Part shown: piece after piece, positions 35,550 through 47,735 of the stretch
Layout of the letters: every line of letters begins with the position of its first letter
How positions within the stretch are numbered: the first letter of the stretch is position 1
Assembly: GCA_000004985.1 (NCBI GenBank)
Contig: GG738851.1
Direction: 5' to 3' (one strand)
Origin: Naegleria gruberi
Taxonomy: Eukaryota
DNA: 64,000 nt
Position numbers and translations under genes: made by a program
Notes under the pieces: model-generated
Told to the model about the DNA's origin: nothing
Seen by the model: the letters and a program-made list of their open reading frames with translations, nothing else
Database searches by the model: none

Positions 35550-37088
35550 AGTAATTCTGACGCGAAGAAGAACAAATTAATAACGAATAAATCAAATGGT
35601 AATACTTCGCACTCAAAAATTGGAGATTATGAAAGATTTCTTATTTGGTGATAATTATGAGTGAACAATGATTTTCAAAGGCTTGTTCAAAAAATGTGAA
35701 ATAATTTGATGAACATGAGTATTTAATTGGGTTCCTCAATCATCCACTTAAAAACCATCATGCTCCCGTTCGCTTCCTCTTCATCTCATTCAAAGAGAAG
35801 TAAGAAGAAGCGAATAAGTACATCATCTAATGTTCAAAGTGGTAGTAGCAGTGGTTTATCTAATATCACCATCAAGAGAGTTGGATTTTTTCCACTTAGT
35901 ATTCATAGAGTTGTGGAATTTTCACCTATTATGGAAGAAATTGTGAATTGTTTGATTGTAATGGAGTTACCACTTCATCACAAGTTTGCTCTGCGCGTGG
36001 AGGTCCTGCTTAGAACTCTAAAATGTGGGTAAAATTTATGTTGATTTTCCAAGAAATGCATTCATAAAAGTTGGTGGCTTAGTCAGCTCCAACTTTCACT
36101 TCTTAGGTGTGAAAGTTATGTGTAAACTAAAGTTAGGGGGCTCTACTTTTATTAACTTTTATACAGTGGACAGTAAAAGTTGGGTGCTGTCTTTAAATTA
36201 GTTAAGGGTTATCTTTTAAGGCTCACTTTTCACTTCTTTTTTCAATCAATATTGACTCACACAAGAACAACGTTGAAATTCATATAAATAAACTTTATTG
36301 TATAATACTAATTCATTGTAATAATTATACTTTAACTGGTAAATATATTAACCATGCTGAATGATGTCACATTGTAAATATACCAGAGTTACTATAATTA
36401 AATTATAATTAATCTAATTAAGTAAAAAGCATCAATAGTATTGCTAATAGATTTGAAATTAGATTGTTAATTATGAATAGATTTTCCACATCAATAACAA
36501 AAAGTATGATTAATGGTTAATATTAGTAAAAAGTAGGTTAGTTCAAAAGAATGGAATGACATTTCAACATTCTAGTGAAGGAAAGGAAGATATGACATCT
36601 GTATGATCTCAATCATTCAATATACTTACTCTGATCATCTTTGTATCCTTCCGTCACTTTGAAACGGAGACTACAATAGTCGCAAGCTTAATCTATTGAA
36701 TGTCCCTCATCATATCTAGATGTTGTTACTACTATGGGCATCTTCCATTGAAATGTCTAATCCCCCAATCTCTTCACTTCCATTTAATTCTTCCTCACTC
36801 TCCTCCGAATCATCACTCTCCGAAAATACAATCTTTTCTTCTTGGTTATCCTCTTTCATAACACAACCATTCTTATTCTTCCACCATCTTTTCCTTCAAG
36901 TTTGGAGATTGATTCTCTGAGTTGAGCAATAATGAGCCCGAGATCCTTCTTCTCAACTTCATCATTTCTCATCAGAAATTAATTTTTCAAGCTTTTCAAG
37001 AGTTGAATCTTTTTCTTCAGCCAATTTTTTACTGGTGGCCAGTTGTTCACCAATTTCCTCCTTTGCTCTTCTTGTTTGCTTCTAGTAG

Positions 37089-37159
37089 CGGCGTATGATG
37101 CAGAGGTAGCATGTTGGACTCTGAATCCAAATACGCAGGTTCGATTCCTGCTACGCTGG
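37089..37159 (+). tRNA. tRNA-Gln (anticodon CUG)
   Basis: I folded it by hand. The acceptor stem is CGGCGTA/TACGCTG. The D arm is ATGC-AGAGGTA-GCAT. The anticodon arm is TTGGA-CTCTGAA-TCCAA. The T arm is GCAGG-TTCGATT-CCTGC, and the discriminator is G. Confidence 0.6.
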
Positions 37160-37653
37160 TTTAACTTTTTATTTTAGACTTCCATCTTTTAAATCTTTGC
37201 ATATAGTTGTTTATCTATCAAAATCTCAAATATCACCTTCTATCTCTAAATATCCATTGAGAATGAGCTGTTCTAAAGAATCCAAAATATTGTTAGATTA
37301 TTTTTTTCTTGCATCGAAGCAACAAGTCTATTTTGCCGACTCATTGATAATTTTTTTGGATCGCTGAGTTTCAATGATAGCATTTCTAAGGTTGGAGACA
37401 GGTTTGTGATTGGTACGGTTGCACAAGACCCATCCATTATATATGGATTTGAAGTACTATATTTCAGATCTTTCATTGTGGCAGCATTTTTCCACAGTGA
37501 ATCTGTAGTTTCACCCTTGAGCACCTTATTTATCATGGCTCGTGCCATAATCTATTCAGATTCTCATAGGTTATATAAATTATTTGGAGTTCATTAAAAA
37601 AAAATGTCTCCTAAAATCTCAACCTATAATGATGATCACTCACACGTCCACTG

Positions 37654-38790
37654 TTGGACGCATTTAATGATGATGTGTTACGATTAATTTTATCATTTCT
37701 TCATCAAGCCGATTTATTACAATTGGAAATTGTTTCTAAAGGATTGAGAATTTGTCAGCTTTGTTCCGAAGATCAATATTGGAAGGAATTTTGTTTGGAT
37801 CATGTTCGGATGATGAAGAAGGAATGTCAAGAATTTAATAATCTATTTTATAAAGGGAGTGGTGGATCGAGAGAAATTCGACATTTATTGCAAAAGTATG
37901 AGCAATTCCTGATATTGGAATGTGATTTTAAAAAACATTTTGTAGAAGTGTGGAGAATGATTGAAAATCTTGTTGAACAAGATCATGCGAGAGTTATTAG
38001 ACGAATTGATCAATTGGAACAAGTGAAGAGCAAACAACCATTTATTGATCTGTCTGAAATTAGAAAGTATACACTGAAAGATTATTCAAAAAAGGATTTA
38101 CCAAGTTATAAAATTACACAAATTGGTAGGTATTAGTCGAAATTTATTAGAAAGGAATTATGATGATTATTTTCAATAATAATTAGGTGATGGAGCTATT
38201 GGAAAAACGTGTCTCTTTATCAGAATGGCCTTAAACACCTTTCCAGAGGACTATGTTCCAACAGTATTCGATAATTATAGTGCCAATTTTATTTGTCAAG
38301 ACATGACATTCAATCTCTCCCTTTTTGATACATCTGGTGCAGATGGTATGTTTTCATGATTCAGATTTTTCGTCATATTTTGGATTTTATCACCATTTAA
38401 AGAGTATGTACAAGGATCATACATGGTCCTGATGTATTATAGAGATACAAGTTTATTCCTTTTGAGTTTAGTTGTCTTTCTGTTCGGTCATTGGAGAATA
38501 TTATTGACAAGTGGATTTCTTTAATTAGAGGTCAAAATCCTAGTACACCAATAGCTCTCGTATGTACAAAAATCGATGTGAGGAATAATAGCAAAGAGTG
38601 TAAACGTCAACTAAGAACTAGACTTACCAAACCATTAACATATGAAATTGGTGAATCATTAGCAAAGAAATTAGGATGTATTGCTTATTTCGAAACAAGT
38701 GCATTGACCAGTGAAGGAATGGATTATTTTCCGAAGGATATCATCAAGGCATATCTTAAAAAGAGAAGGAAGGATTGCATATTACAGTAA
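37654..38790 (+). CDS. F-box-like domain fused to an atypical Rho/Ras-like small GTPase with a C-terminal CAAX box; exons 37654-38125, 38187-38345, about 38403-38433 and 38472-38790
   Basis: The N-terminus DDVLRLILSFLHQADLLQLEIVSKGL...WKEFC fits an F-box. After the donor g|gtaggt, the next exon reads GDGAIGKTCLFIRMALNTFPEDYVPTVFDNYSANF...DTSGAD, which is the Rho G1-G3 region. The last exon reads SLENIIDKW...LVCTKIDVRNN...CIAYFETSALT...KDCILQ. The short third exon is uncertain because its donor, GTATTA, is weak. Confidence 0.5.
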
Positions 38791-38924
38791 TAGTTTCTTT
38801 TATATTGGTAATGTAATATTTATTAACTAGGAACCAATTCACGCTCAATGTTGATGAGATTTTCAACGTTTTTAGAGACTTGTATTAAGGCACGAATAAG
38901 GGGTGTTTGTTAAGACAATGTGAA

Positions 38925-38997
38925 GCTGGCGTAGCTCAGTCGGTAGAGCGTTGGTCTAATAAGCCATTGGTCGCCGGTTCGATCCCGTCCGTCAGCA
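38925..38997 (+). tRNA. tRNA-Ile (anticodon AAU)
   Basis: The acceptor stem GCTGGCG/CGTCAGC is perfect, with one G-U pair. The D arm is GCTC-AGTCGGTA-GAGC. The anticodon loop CTAATAA gives anticodon AAT. The T loop is TTCGATC. There is one mismatch in the anticodon stem and one in the T stem. Confidence 0.55.
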
Positions 38998-39580
38998 GAT
39001 GTTTTAGGTTTGGATAACAACTTCATAACAAATATTATAAATAAAGAGCAAAGTTCCCAAAATGAATAAATATTGAAGTTGCCCAGTAGATGCATGAACA
39101 CAACTCTGCGCCATTGTCTTTTGAGACTGAGGAGAAAACAGTTCATTCTATATTGTGAATGTTATCCTACACGAAAGGAAAGGATTATTATTGAAGAATT
39201 ATTCAAATAAAAGTTTCTTATAAAAATATGCAAAAGAATTCATCTCATCAGGATATGGTGAGCGAGGACTTCTTGTAAATCCTTTCTCCCCATTCCCAAC
39301 TACTTTACCAGTAGTAAGATCTCCTCAGGGAGATCACTTGACTTGGTGGTCTGTTGTTCCATTTAATGGTAACTATTTGCAATTCTCAATATAATTAACT
39401 ATGAACCATAGTGTTGGAATGGAGAAAAGAGAAAATATATTTGTTATTGTGGTTTTATTGGTTTCTAAATTATTCAAAATGTTTCAATAGCGAAATTAAG
39501 ACTTCAAAACTGATGGTTTTAAAAATATATGTTGGTAAATTTAAGTAAAAATTTAATTTTACTTGCTGTCCATGTTCTTT

Positions 39581-41812
39581 TTACCAAGATAAAAAGATAG
39601 CAATCTTGGCTCTTGATGTTCCAATTATACCTTGATTTTGTAAACCGTACTCTGAGGAAAAGTAGAGAATTGGTCCCTTCTTTCTTTCCACTCGATCCTT
39701 CTCACTTGTATTATTAGCTAGAGGTGGTAAAGTATAGGCAAATACATAGTTATTTCCTGAAAAGATTTGGGGCAGTGGCGGCAGAATGACTTCACCAATC
39801 AATCTCTTTTCCTCCTTTTGAAATGCCTTCTTTTCTTTGAGAAGGATTTTAATTTGATCGAACATGATAGCATAGCAAACATCTGGATTGGCATCTGGAC
39901 CAGTAATATCACTATTCAGTAATTATTAAATTCCATAAATTATTCCAAAAATTGAAAAGTATTCCAAATAAATCTTGAGTCATTAAAGTTAATAGAGATA
40001 CATACTATTCGAAAATCTCGTTAAATTTAGGGTTCTTACTCTTAATAACCTTAGTTTTACACTTGTCGTCGTTAAACCATAGAGAAATATACACATCCGA
40101 TAAGAATGGAATATCTTCCACACTTTCCAATTTTACAATTAGTTTCTTTGGTGGAAGAGGTTGAAATTCATTGCTCGATCTAAATTTCCATCCCAGCTTT
40201 GGTTTGTAATGAATTCCTCCCACGATTTGTCTCCCAAAATTGTTCTTTCTATTATTTACAATTGTATTAAATCTACACAATTCCTTTGCATTATCTTCTC
40301 CATATGTCAAATCCAAAATACTCAATGTCATTTTGTTTGAGAAGGGCACTCTCTTGATGATTTTAGTTTCTCCCTTTCTCTTTTGAATTTGTTGCTTGAG
40401 GAAGAATTCAGGTGATGTGAATTCAACAAAGAAAATTACATAGTGGAATCTTTCATCGGTGAGGGTTTGATACTTGTCCTGTTTTCCTTTTTTCAAATTT
40501 AACAATGCAATTTCCTCCTGAACTGTTGCCTTCTTTGATGAAGTCGTCGATTGTTCATCTCCTGATCCATCATTTGATGTGTTATCAGTTGGTTTTTCCT
40601 CTGCATCCTTTGTTCGTGTATCTAGGAATGAAATACTTTCGAATGCAGAAATTTCATCCAATTTTAATCCTTTCTTCTTCAGGGTCTTTTCATGCTTGGG
40701 AATGGAAGCAATACTGTGAAATGTTCTTGGTCCATTACTTTGATCGGAGGCAAAATAACAAATTGGAGCTCCAAAACTAGAATATGCCACTGCATACATT
40801 GTGTATGGCACATCCACTTCAATGGTTTCCTCCTTTGTTGTGTGTGATTTTGCTGACTCTTTCACTTCTCTAGAAATTGAATCCTCTCTCGCTAATTCAT
40901 CATAGAAACCTGTCATGTTTTCATCATCATTATCATCATTATAATTTTAAAGAGAAATATTCGATAAATATTATAATCCGATTATTGTGTTAATATTCAA
41001 TTATTAATTTGTCAAACGGATCATCACTTACCATAATCATCATTATCGAAAAACTTTTGTTTCGTCTTCATTCTATGATTATTAGCCGAATCTTCTTCTT
41101 GTGCTGTTCTAGTATGTCTCAGCACTGACCAAGCTCTTTCATTTTCCATCTCCTTTTCAACAGCTGTCTTTTCATATCTCAGTTTTACTGCTAGTTTTGT
41201 GCATTTCGAAATATCAAAATCCTTGTTCAGAGTCAAAGTCTGTCCTTTCCCATTCGTTGAAACTATTCTCGAAATGGCCATTGGCACTTCATCTTCCTCC
41301 TGTTCATCAAGTTGAGTTGATGAAGTCGATTGTTTCTTACTCTTTTCCAAACTTTCTTTTTTAATATTTACACCATACAATTGTTTAACCTGTTGTTCTG
41401 GATCTTCATCCGATTCTTCATCCGAATCAATATCATCATCATTATCATCATGTTTTACTTGAGTAAAATCATTCTGAGTCAATAATCCACTGAAAAAACT
41501 CTTCACTCCATCAAAAAGAGAACCTGTTGTTGTTGTAGCACCACCAGAAAAATCATTCATATTTCCATTAGCAGCACCACCACCACCACCAGAATTTGAT
41601 GATGAATAATTAATTTCTGATTGATTGGCTGACCAAGGTTGATTCGGAGGAGGAGGAAAAGATAATATTTGATTATTAGGATCGTATGGATTGTATTGAT
41701 GAGAGGGATGAGAATGATGATGATTGAAAGATTGAGCATGTTGTTGTTGAGGTGGTTGATTGTTCCCGCCGCCGCTTCCTTGTGGATCGTAGAAGAAGGT
41801 GTTGTGTTGCAT
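39581..41812 (-). CDS. Gln/Asn/Gly-rich protein with a C-terminal C2-like domain; exons 41812-41032, 40909-40006 and 39911-39581
   Basis: Donors are g|gtaagt at 41031 and ta|gtatgt at 40005. Acceptors are gacag| and gaatag|. Frames agree across both junctions. The C2-like stretch reads LIVKLESVEDIPFLSDVYISLWFNDDKCKTKVIKSKNPKFNEIFE. Confidence 0.45.
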
Positions 41813-42792
41813 TTTTTTTTCTCTTAGAGTTTCGTCAGCTATCTTGTGTGATCAAGAGTGGTGTGAGGGTTAGAGATAGTATGTTTTACAATGTTGATGG
41901 TTTAGGTTGGCTGTAGTTGAGTATGTGAACTGCTTGGTTTTTTGTTCATGTCTATTAATGTGTCTTGGTTTCGATTAAGATACACGAAAGGTCATGTGGG
42001 TAAATGGAAATATCATTTGGATAACGGAAAATTTTTTTTTTATTAAAAAAATTCAGAAAAAATTATTGTTTGATGAAGTGAAAGGTAATCCTCTTTTGCT
42101 TTGTCACTTCAAGTAAACTGTGTCTAGAAGCTATCCTCCTGCTGCCCATCCTCTATCCGAGTTTATATCTATTTTTCATCATCGTTGATATTAATAATAG
42201 TAGAAATTAGATAGTAGAAGCAATCGTACAAATGCACATTGTGGAACAACAGCAACAATTAATTCATTGTGATGAGAATTTTGCATCGCACTTAGAATAT
42301 TCGATAAGCAACAAGGTATCTGTGAGGAAGGCCAAATTTGAACACGAGGAAGGATTAGGTATTGATACTCATTGCATTTTGCTCTTCATGTGATGGATTT
42401 TGGTAAATTGATAGTGTGTCATCCACGATGAAGACAAGAATGGTTCTTTTCTCAATAAAGAGCAAAAGAGTTTTCTTACTACCTATCAAGTACAGATGAT
42501 ATTGAAGGCCGAACCAAACACTTTCTCTGCAAAATAACCATGAGCTCATGGTGTACTTAAATAATTCAAGTAAGAATTGAAGTAGAGATTTGACCTTCCC
42601 TGATGTTCTCTCTATTGCTTTCTATCTCTTTCCAACTATTTACCAAAACCTCAGCATTACCAAAAGGTATAATCCCTCAAGCCCAGAACTCGCCTCACGC
42701 ATCCACATTAGTGCCTACAAATTGCCTGTATTGATGTTTACGGGACCAAAATTTCCAAAAAAATAGCCTGACATCATTTCGAGAAACAACAA

Positions 42793-44972
42793 ATGGAACC
42801 AACATCATCAACAACCTTCATTAATGGCAGTACTACAACATCATCAAGTACTCGATGTGGTTCTACTTCTTCCAAGCAGATACCGACGGAGGAAGAAGTG
42901 AAATCCTCTAATATTCCATCAATAACAATATCAGATAGAAACAATGATATTTCATCAAACAAATCGGCATCATCATCGCCCAAGAATGAGACAAACAACA
43001 ATATGATTTATTCCAAGAATTACAACTCCAAAGTAGATCATCCTAATCAACCACAAGAAGAAGCCATCGACGATATGATGGTAAAAATATTCACCCATAA
43101 GAATGTCATTGTTGTGGTCTTTTCTTGCATTTATGTATGCTCATTGATGTATACTTATTCAGCAAAAGGTTGGCAGGGCACTATGCTGAATCTCTTTCTT
43201 ACATTGGCACAAATGTATCTCAATAAGAATAATATCAAATCTACAATGTCATTGGACTTTGCTAAGGCAGACAGTTCGGAAAAACCGCGACTGATAGTTT
43301 CATTAGCAATCTTGACAGTGAGATATTTCATCTTTCCTAAAAACAAGATTACATTCATTCCTCCTACATTTATGTGGTTTGTTGGGGCCAATAAGATGTA
43401 TGATGAACACAATAATTTCTGGGGATTATTGCCAGTCTACTATTTGACCTGTCTTTATGGAGGAGTTGGTATGGTGATAACTTTTAGAGAATTGATAGAG
43501 AATGGATTTGATACCTTTGTGGACTCGTTGTGTGAAACTGTTTCACTGACATGTTGCATTTGGATATTTACTTATTATCGAGTCAATGTGACTGGTTATT
43601 TGAAACAAAAAGTTGAAATTTTGGAGGAAACAAGTATGAAGCTTGAAAGTGCTCTTGCTTCGAAAAATACATTTATGGCTCACATATCTCATGAATTTAG
43701 ATGTCCACTGCTCTCATCTTTGGGAAGTCTCGAGTTATTGAAAGAGACTTATCTGAGTGTAAAGCAAAATGAATTAGTGGATATGATCATTTCTTCCAAT
43801 AACGTTCTACTCATGTTGATTGAAGAAATTTTACAATTAATGAAAGTTGAATTTGATTCGCGGCAGAAGAATGCAACAGAGCTAATCAAGGCAAATTTTA
43901 AAAAGTTCAGTTTGGGTGAATGCCTAAAATCATTACAAAATATTGTTACTGGGTATTCGAATCATTTCTCTGTGAATTTGAAGTTTGATTTTGATCAAGT
44001 GAACCACATTCACGTGATATCTAATCCATCAAGTTTACATCAAATTCTTTCAAACTTGATCACTAACGCCATTAAGGCATCCAAAAGAGATGACACTGTC
44101 GAACTGACAGCAAGTGTTATTGAAACAGTTCATGATGAAACACAAGAATCAATCGTTAAAATTCAATTCAAAGTTACTGACTATGGGTAAGTAATAATTT
44201 TGTTCAACTAGCAACAACAATGCAATAATACATTATTAAATGGAATAGTTATGGTATTCCAGAATCAAAGTTAGATGCCATTTTTGAGCCATTTGTTCAA
44301 TTGCACAATGTAAATGAATCACATGTGCCATCATCAGGTCTTGGCTTAACAACAGTTTTACAATTTATTCAACAAATGGAAGGAACAATCCATGTAGAAT
44401 CTCAAATTGGAAAAGGAAGTACCTTCACAGTTACTCTTCCCTTGAAAGTACTCAAGAATGATTCCCCAAAAGGTGTCGACGAATATTCTGATTGGGAAAA
44501 TAGTGGAGCCAAGATGAGCTTTACAGTTCAGCAACGATACCTTTCTCTAATCTCCAATGTACATGAGCTGAGTGATGATCACTCCTCAGATACCTCATCC
44601 ATTACTGATTCAAAGTTCAATAAGATTATCATTGCAGAGGACAATATTATTAACAGAAAAGTTATTTTCAAACTAGTGGAAAGTATTGGATATTCGGCCG
44701 ATTTAGTAACAGATGGAAGGGAGTTAGTGGATCATTTCGACATTCACCATCACAAATTGGTCATTACAGATTTAAACATGCCAAATATGAATGGAATTCA
44801 AGCAGCTCAGGAATTAAAGAAGAGACATGGAAATGCAGCCAAGATTATTCTATTAACAGGTAATTCAGCCATCGATATTAAATCCCTCAACGGCATTGTT
44901 GATGGATTAGTACAGAAACCATGTTCTAAAGAGGATTTAAAAAAGTGCATTTCTCTCTATTGCGAAGATTAA
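42793..44972 (+). CDS. Hybrid histidine kinase: Ser-rich N-terminus, polytopic membrane sensor region, HisKA, HATPase_c and a receiver domain; exons 42793-44186 and 44249-44972
   Basis: About 6 TM helices are present. HISHEFRCPL is the H-box. The donor gg|gtaagt splits ...TDYG|YGIPESKLDAIFEPF, which is the G1 box. GLGLTTVLQFIQ is the G2 box. The receiver reads IIIAEDNIINRKV...LVITDLNMPNMNG...QKP. Confidence 0.7.
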
Positions 44973-45115
44973 ATTATTATAATTTTTTGTCGTATGAATA
45001 CAATGATATTTTAACACTCTTTCCATATTCTAGTTCTCAGTATTATCCAAATTAAACCATTTTACATAGTGGCGTTTAATTTTCCATTTGCGAAATTAGA
45101 TTTTTATTTTCAAAA

Positions 45116-46306
45116 ATGAAAAAAATAACAAAACTCGCCAATCAATTTAGTGTTCAAGAGAGAATGTACAAAATCCTGCTGGCCCGTGATCTAGTCTATC
45201 ACGAACAAAAACAATATGAACAATTTGAATTTCAAGTCATCAAACAACAAGGTAGGCAAATTAACTATTTCTGAAACTCTTATTAAATATATTTAAAATG
45301 ATTATTTAATGATGATGGTTAATGATGATGAATAGGAACTTTGGAAAATTATGTAAATCAAGTGAATGAATATAAACCTGATGGATTATTATTCATTGGA
45401 TGGGCAACTCCATTCAAATTATCGGAGGATGGATTTTTCAAAAAGCTTACACCAGAAGCCTTGAATAATTTAAAGATTATTTCTAATCATGGAGTTGGAT
45501 ATGATAATGTTGATGTCAAGACAGCTCTCTCTATAAAATCATCACCAATTGTTGTTACTCACACACCTGATGTGGTGAGTGATGCAACAGCTGATGTTGC
45601 TTTCACTTTAATGTTGAATGCATCGAGAAAATCAAGAATATTTGAGGAACGTTTGAGACAAGTCAAGTGGAAATCTGGATTGGAAACTGTTTTGGGAAAT
45701 GATTTGAGAGGAAAGACTTTGGGAATTATTGGAATGGGAAGTATTGGTAAGAAAGTAGCTCAGAGAGCTATTGGATTTGGAATGAAGATTGTTTATTATC
45801 AAAGAAACCAAAATTTAGAATTTGAGAAGAATCTCAATACTGCTGGTCAAGTTATGTTCAATGAATCTTCCACAATTCAATATTGTAAGACTTTGGACGA
45901 ATTATTGGTACAGTCGGATGTGATTTCTGTCAATACTCCACTCACTGAATCAACACGTCACTTGTTGAGTAAGGCACAATTTGATAAGATGAAGCCAAAT
46001 TGTCTTGTAATTAATACGGCTAGAGGAGCAGTTATCAATGAAAAGGATCTCGTTGAAGCATTGAAGAATAAGAAAATTGCTGGATGTGGTTTGGATGTTT
46101 TTGAATTTGAACCAAAGATTACTGAAGAGTTACTGGAATTGGCTAAGGAAAATCCAAACATTTCACTTCTTCCACACATTGGAACTCAAACTGTAGAAAC
46201 CCGTGTAGATATGGAACGTTTGTGTCTTGTTAATTTGGAAAATTATCTTACTTTGAAGAAGAATCCACTCACTCCAGTTCCAGAACACAAACATTTATTT
46301 CAATAA
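45116..46306 (+). CDS. D-isomer-specific 2-hydroxyacid dehydrogenase (glyoxylate/hydroxypyruvate reductase-like); exons 45116-45251 and 45336-46306
   Basis: GIIGMGSIGKKVAQRA is the NAD-binding Rossmann motif. VNTARGAVINEKDLVEAL and HIGTQTVETR follow the family pattern. An upstream 45-aa exon reads MKKITKLANQFSV.... It is joined by the donor g|gtaggc and the acceptor gaatag|. Confidence 0.6.
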
Positions 46307-46328
46307 CTTCTAATTAAAATGGAAATAT

Positions 46329-47292
46329 TTATTGTTGTACATCAACATTAACCATAGCTTGATCAGAAACTCCATTTTCCTGATATTGTTGTTGTTCAAC
46401 AATATAATTTTCACTCTTGACATCTTGTGTGATTGGTTGTTGTGGATAAACAACTTGTTCTTGACCTTGTGGATAATACTGAGCTGTTGTTGTTTGTGGT
46501 TGTTGCATTGGATAACCTTCTTGTTGTTGTTGCTGTGGAGGATAATATTGTTCTTGTTGTTGTGGAGGATAATATTGTGTTGTTGGTTGTGGTTGACCAT
46601 AACCTTGTTGTGGATATTGTTGTTGAATAATAACAGTAGTAGAACCTTCATTCTTTGGTTTGTAAGGTCCCAATATCTTTGCAACTCTAATTCTTTCAGT
46701 AAATAAATAATAATTAATCGATGTGAAAGCTCCGATAATTCCAATAGCGAATTGAATGACGAATGGAATGACAGTGACACCTGGATGAACGAATGCAAGC
46801 ACAGAGGATATGACAAATCCGTTGAATGAGGTACTTGTATTGAGGATGAGTGGAGTATGAGCCAATTCTTCATTGTAATAATTATGTAATATATTTAAAT
46901 ATATTAAGAATGCAACTATTCAGTAATTACTTACCAGTAACCCACAATAACAAGTAAATAAACGTAAAATATTGCATACCAAGCACATATGCCATCGTAT
47001 TCAATTTTACCATTCGAGAAGCAATGACAGGTGTCAATCTTGACTCTGGCATAAATAATGCCACTAATCCCATTGCTGCCATTGCCAGGAAAAAGAAACA
47101 AACAAGAACAAGAATCAGATCAGCAGTAGCATATCCTGGTATTGAGTTTCTGTAATAAGAAATCATCATTGCCATGTGGTAAATGAGCTGAAGTACGAGC
47201 CAGACAATGTGAACAATTTGGAGGACGGCATGACCAACTTTCCATGAGGAAGTTGTGGCTGTTGTGGCTGGATTATTGTTGGTATCCATCAT
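46329..47292 (-). CDS. Tetraspan membrane protein with a Q/P/Y-rich C-terminal tail; exons 47292-46935 and 46867-46329
   Basis: The start is MMDTNNNPATT. There are four hydrophobic helices. The donor g|gtaagt follows ...LLWVTG and the acceptor is atgaag|. The tail has YYPPQQQ repeats. The total is 897 nt. Confidence 0.45.
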
Positions 47293-47735
47293 TTTGAAGA
47301 GTTGGTTTCTATTTGTTTTTTTACAATTTGAGTTTTTTCTTGTTTTTCGAATATATTGTGGGAAACTGAAGAGTTTGTTGTTGATGAACCAAGTGTCAGC
47401 GAAAAACATGAAAGCTTGTTGATAATGACGCCACCTACGGATAATTGAGTGGTGCTTGTTTTTGTGTAACTTCCTATTTTAGGACTTGTATTTTGTAAAC
47501 TTGACAACTTTTCATTCGTCCAACTTGTTAAAATGTGAATTCGTGACTGATTGGGAATATAACAAGTGTAAAATGTACAGTACATACCAAATGCAACAAT
47601 TGTTTACACGCCACATAGGCAACAAGAAGAAATGTTTCAACATGTTTCCCACAACAAATCTCATTGCATTCGAAACCAACAATCAGACAAAAAAAAACCC
47701 ACCAACATCAACACTTTCGCCTTTATCAAACCAAG

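Noticed and set aside
35727-36032. 101-aa ORF MGSSIIHLKTIMLPFASSS...
   Set aside because: There is no recognisable motif and it overlaps nothing else. It could be a small real gene, but the evidence is insufficient and it was not called.
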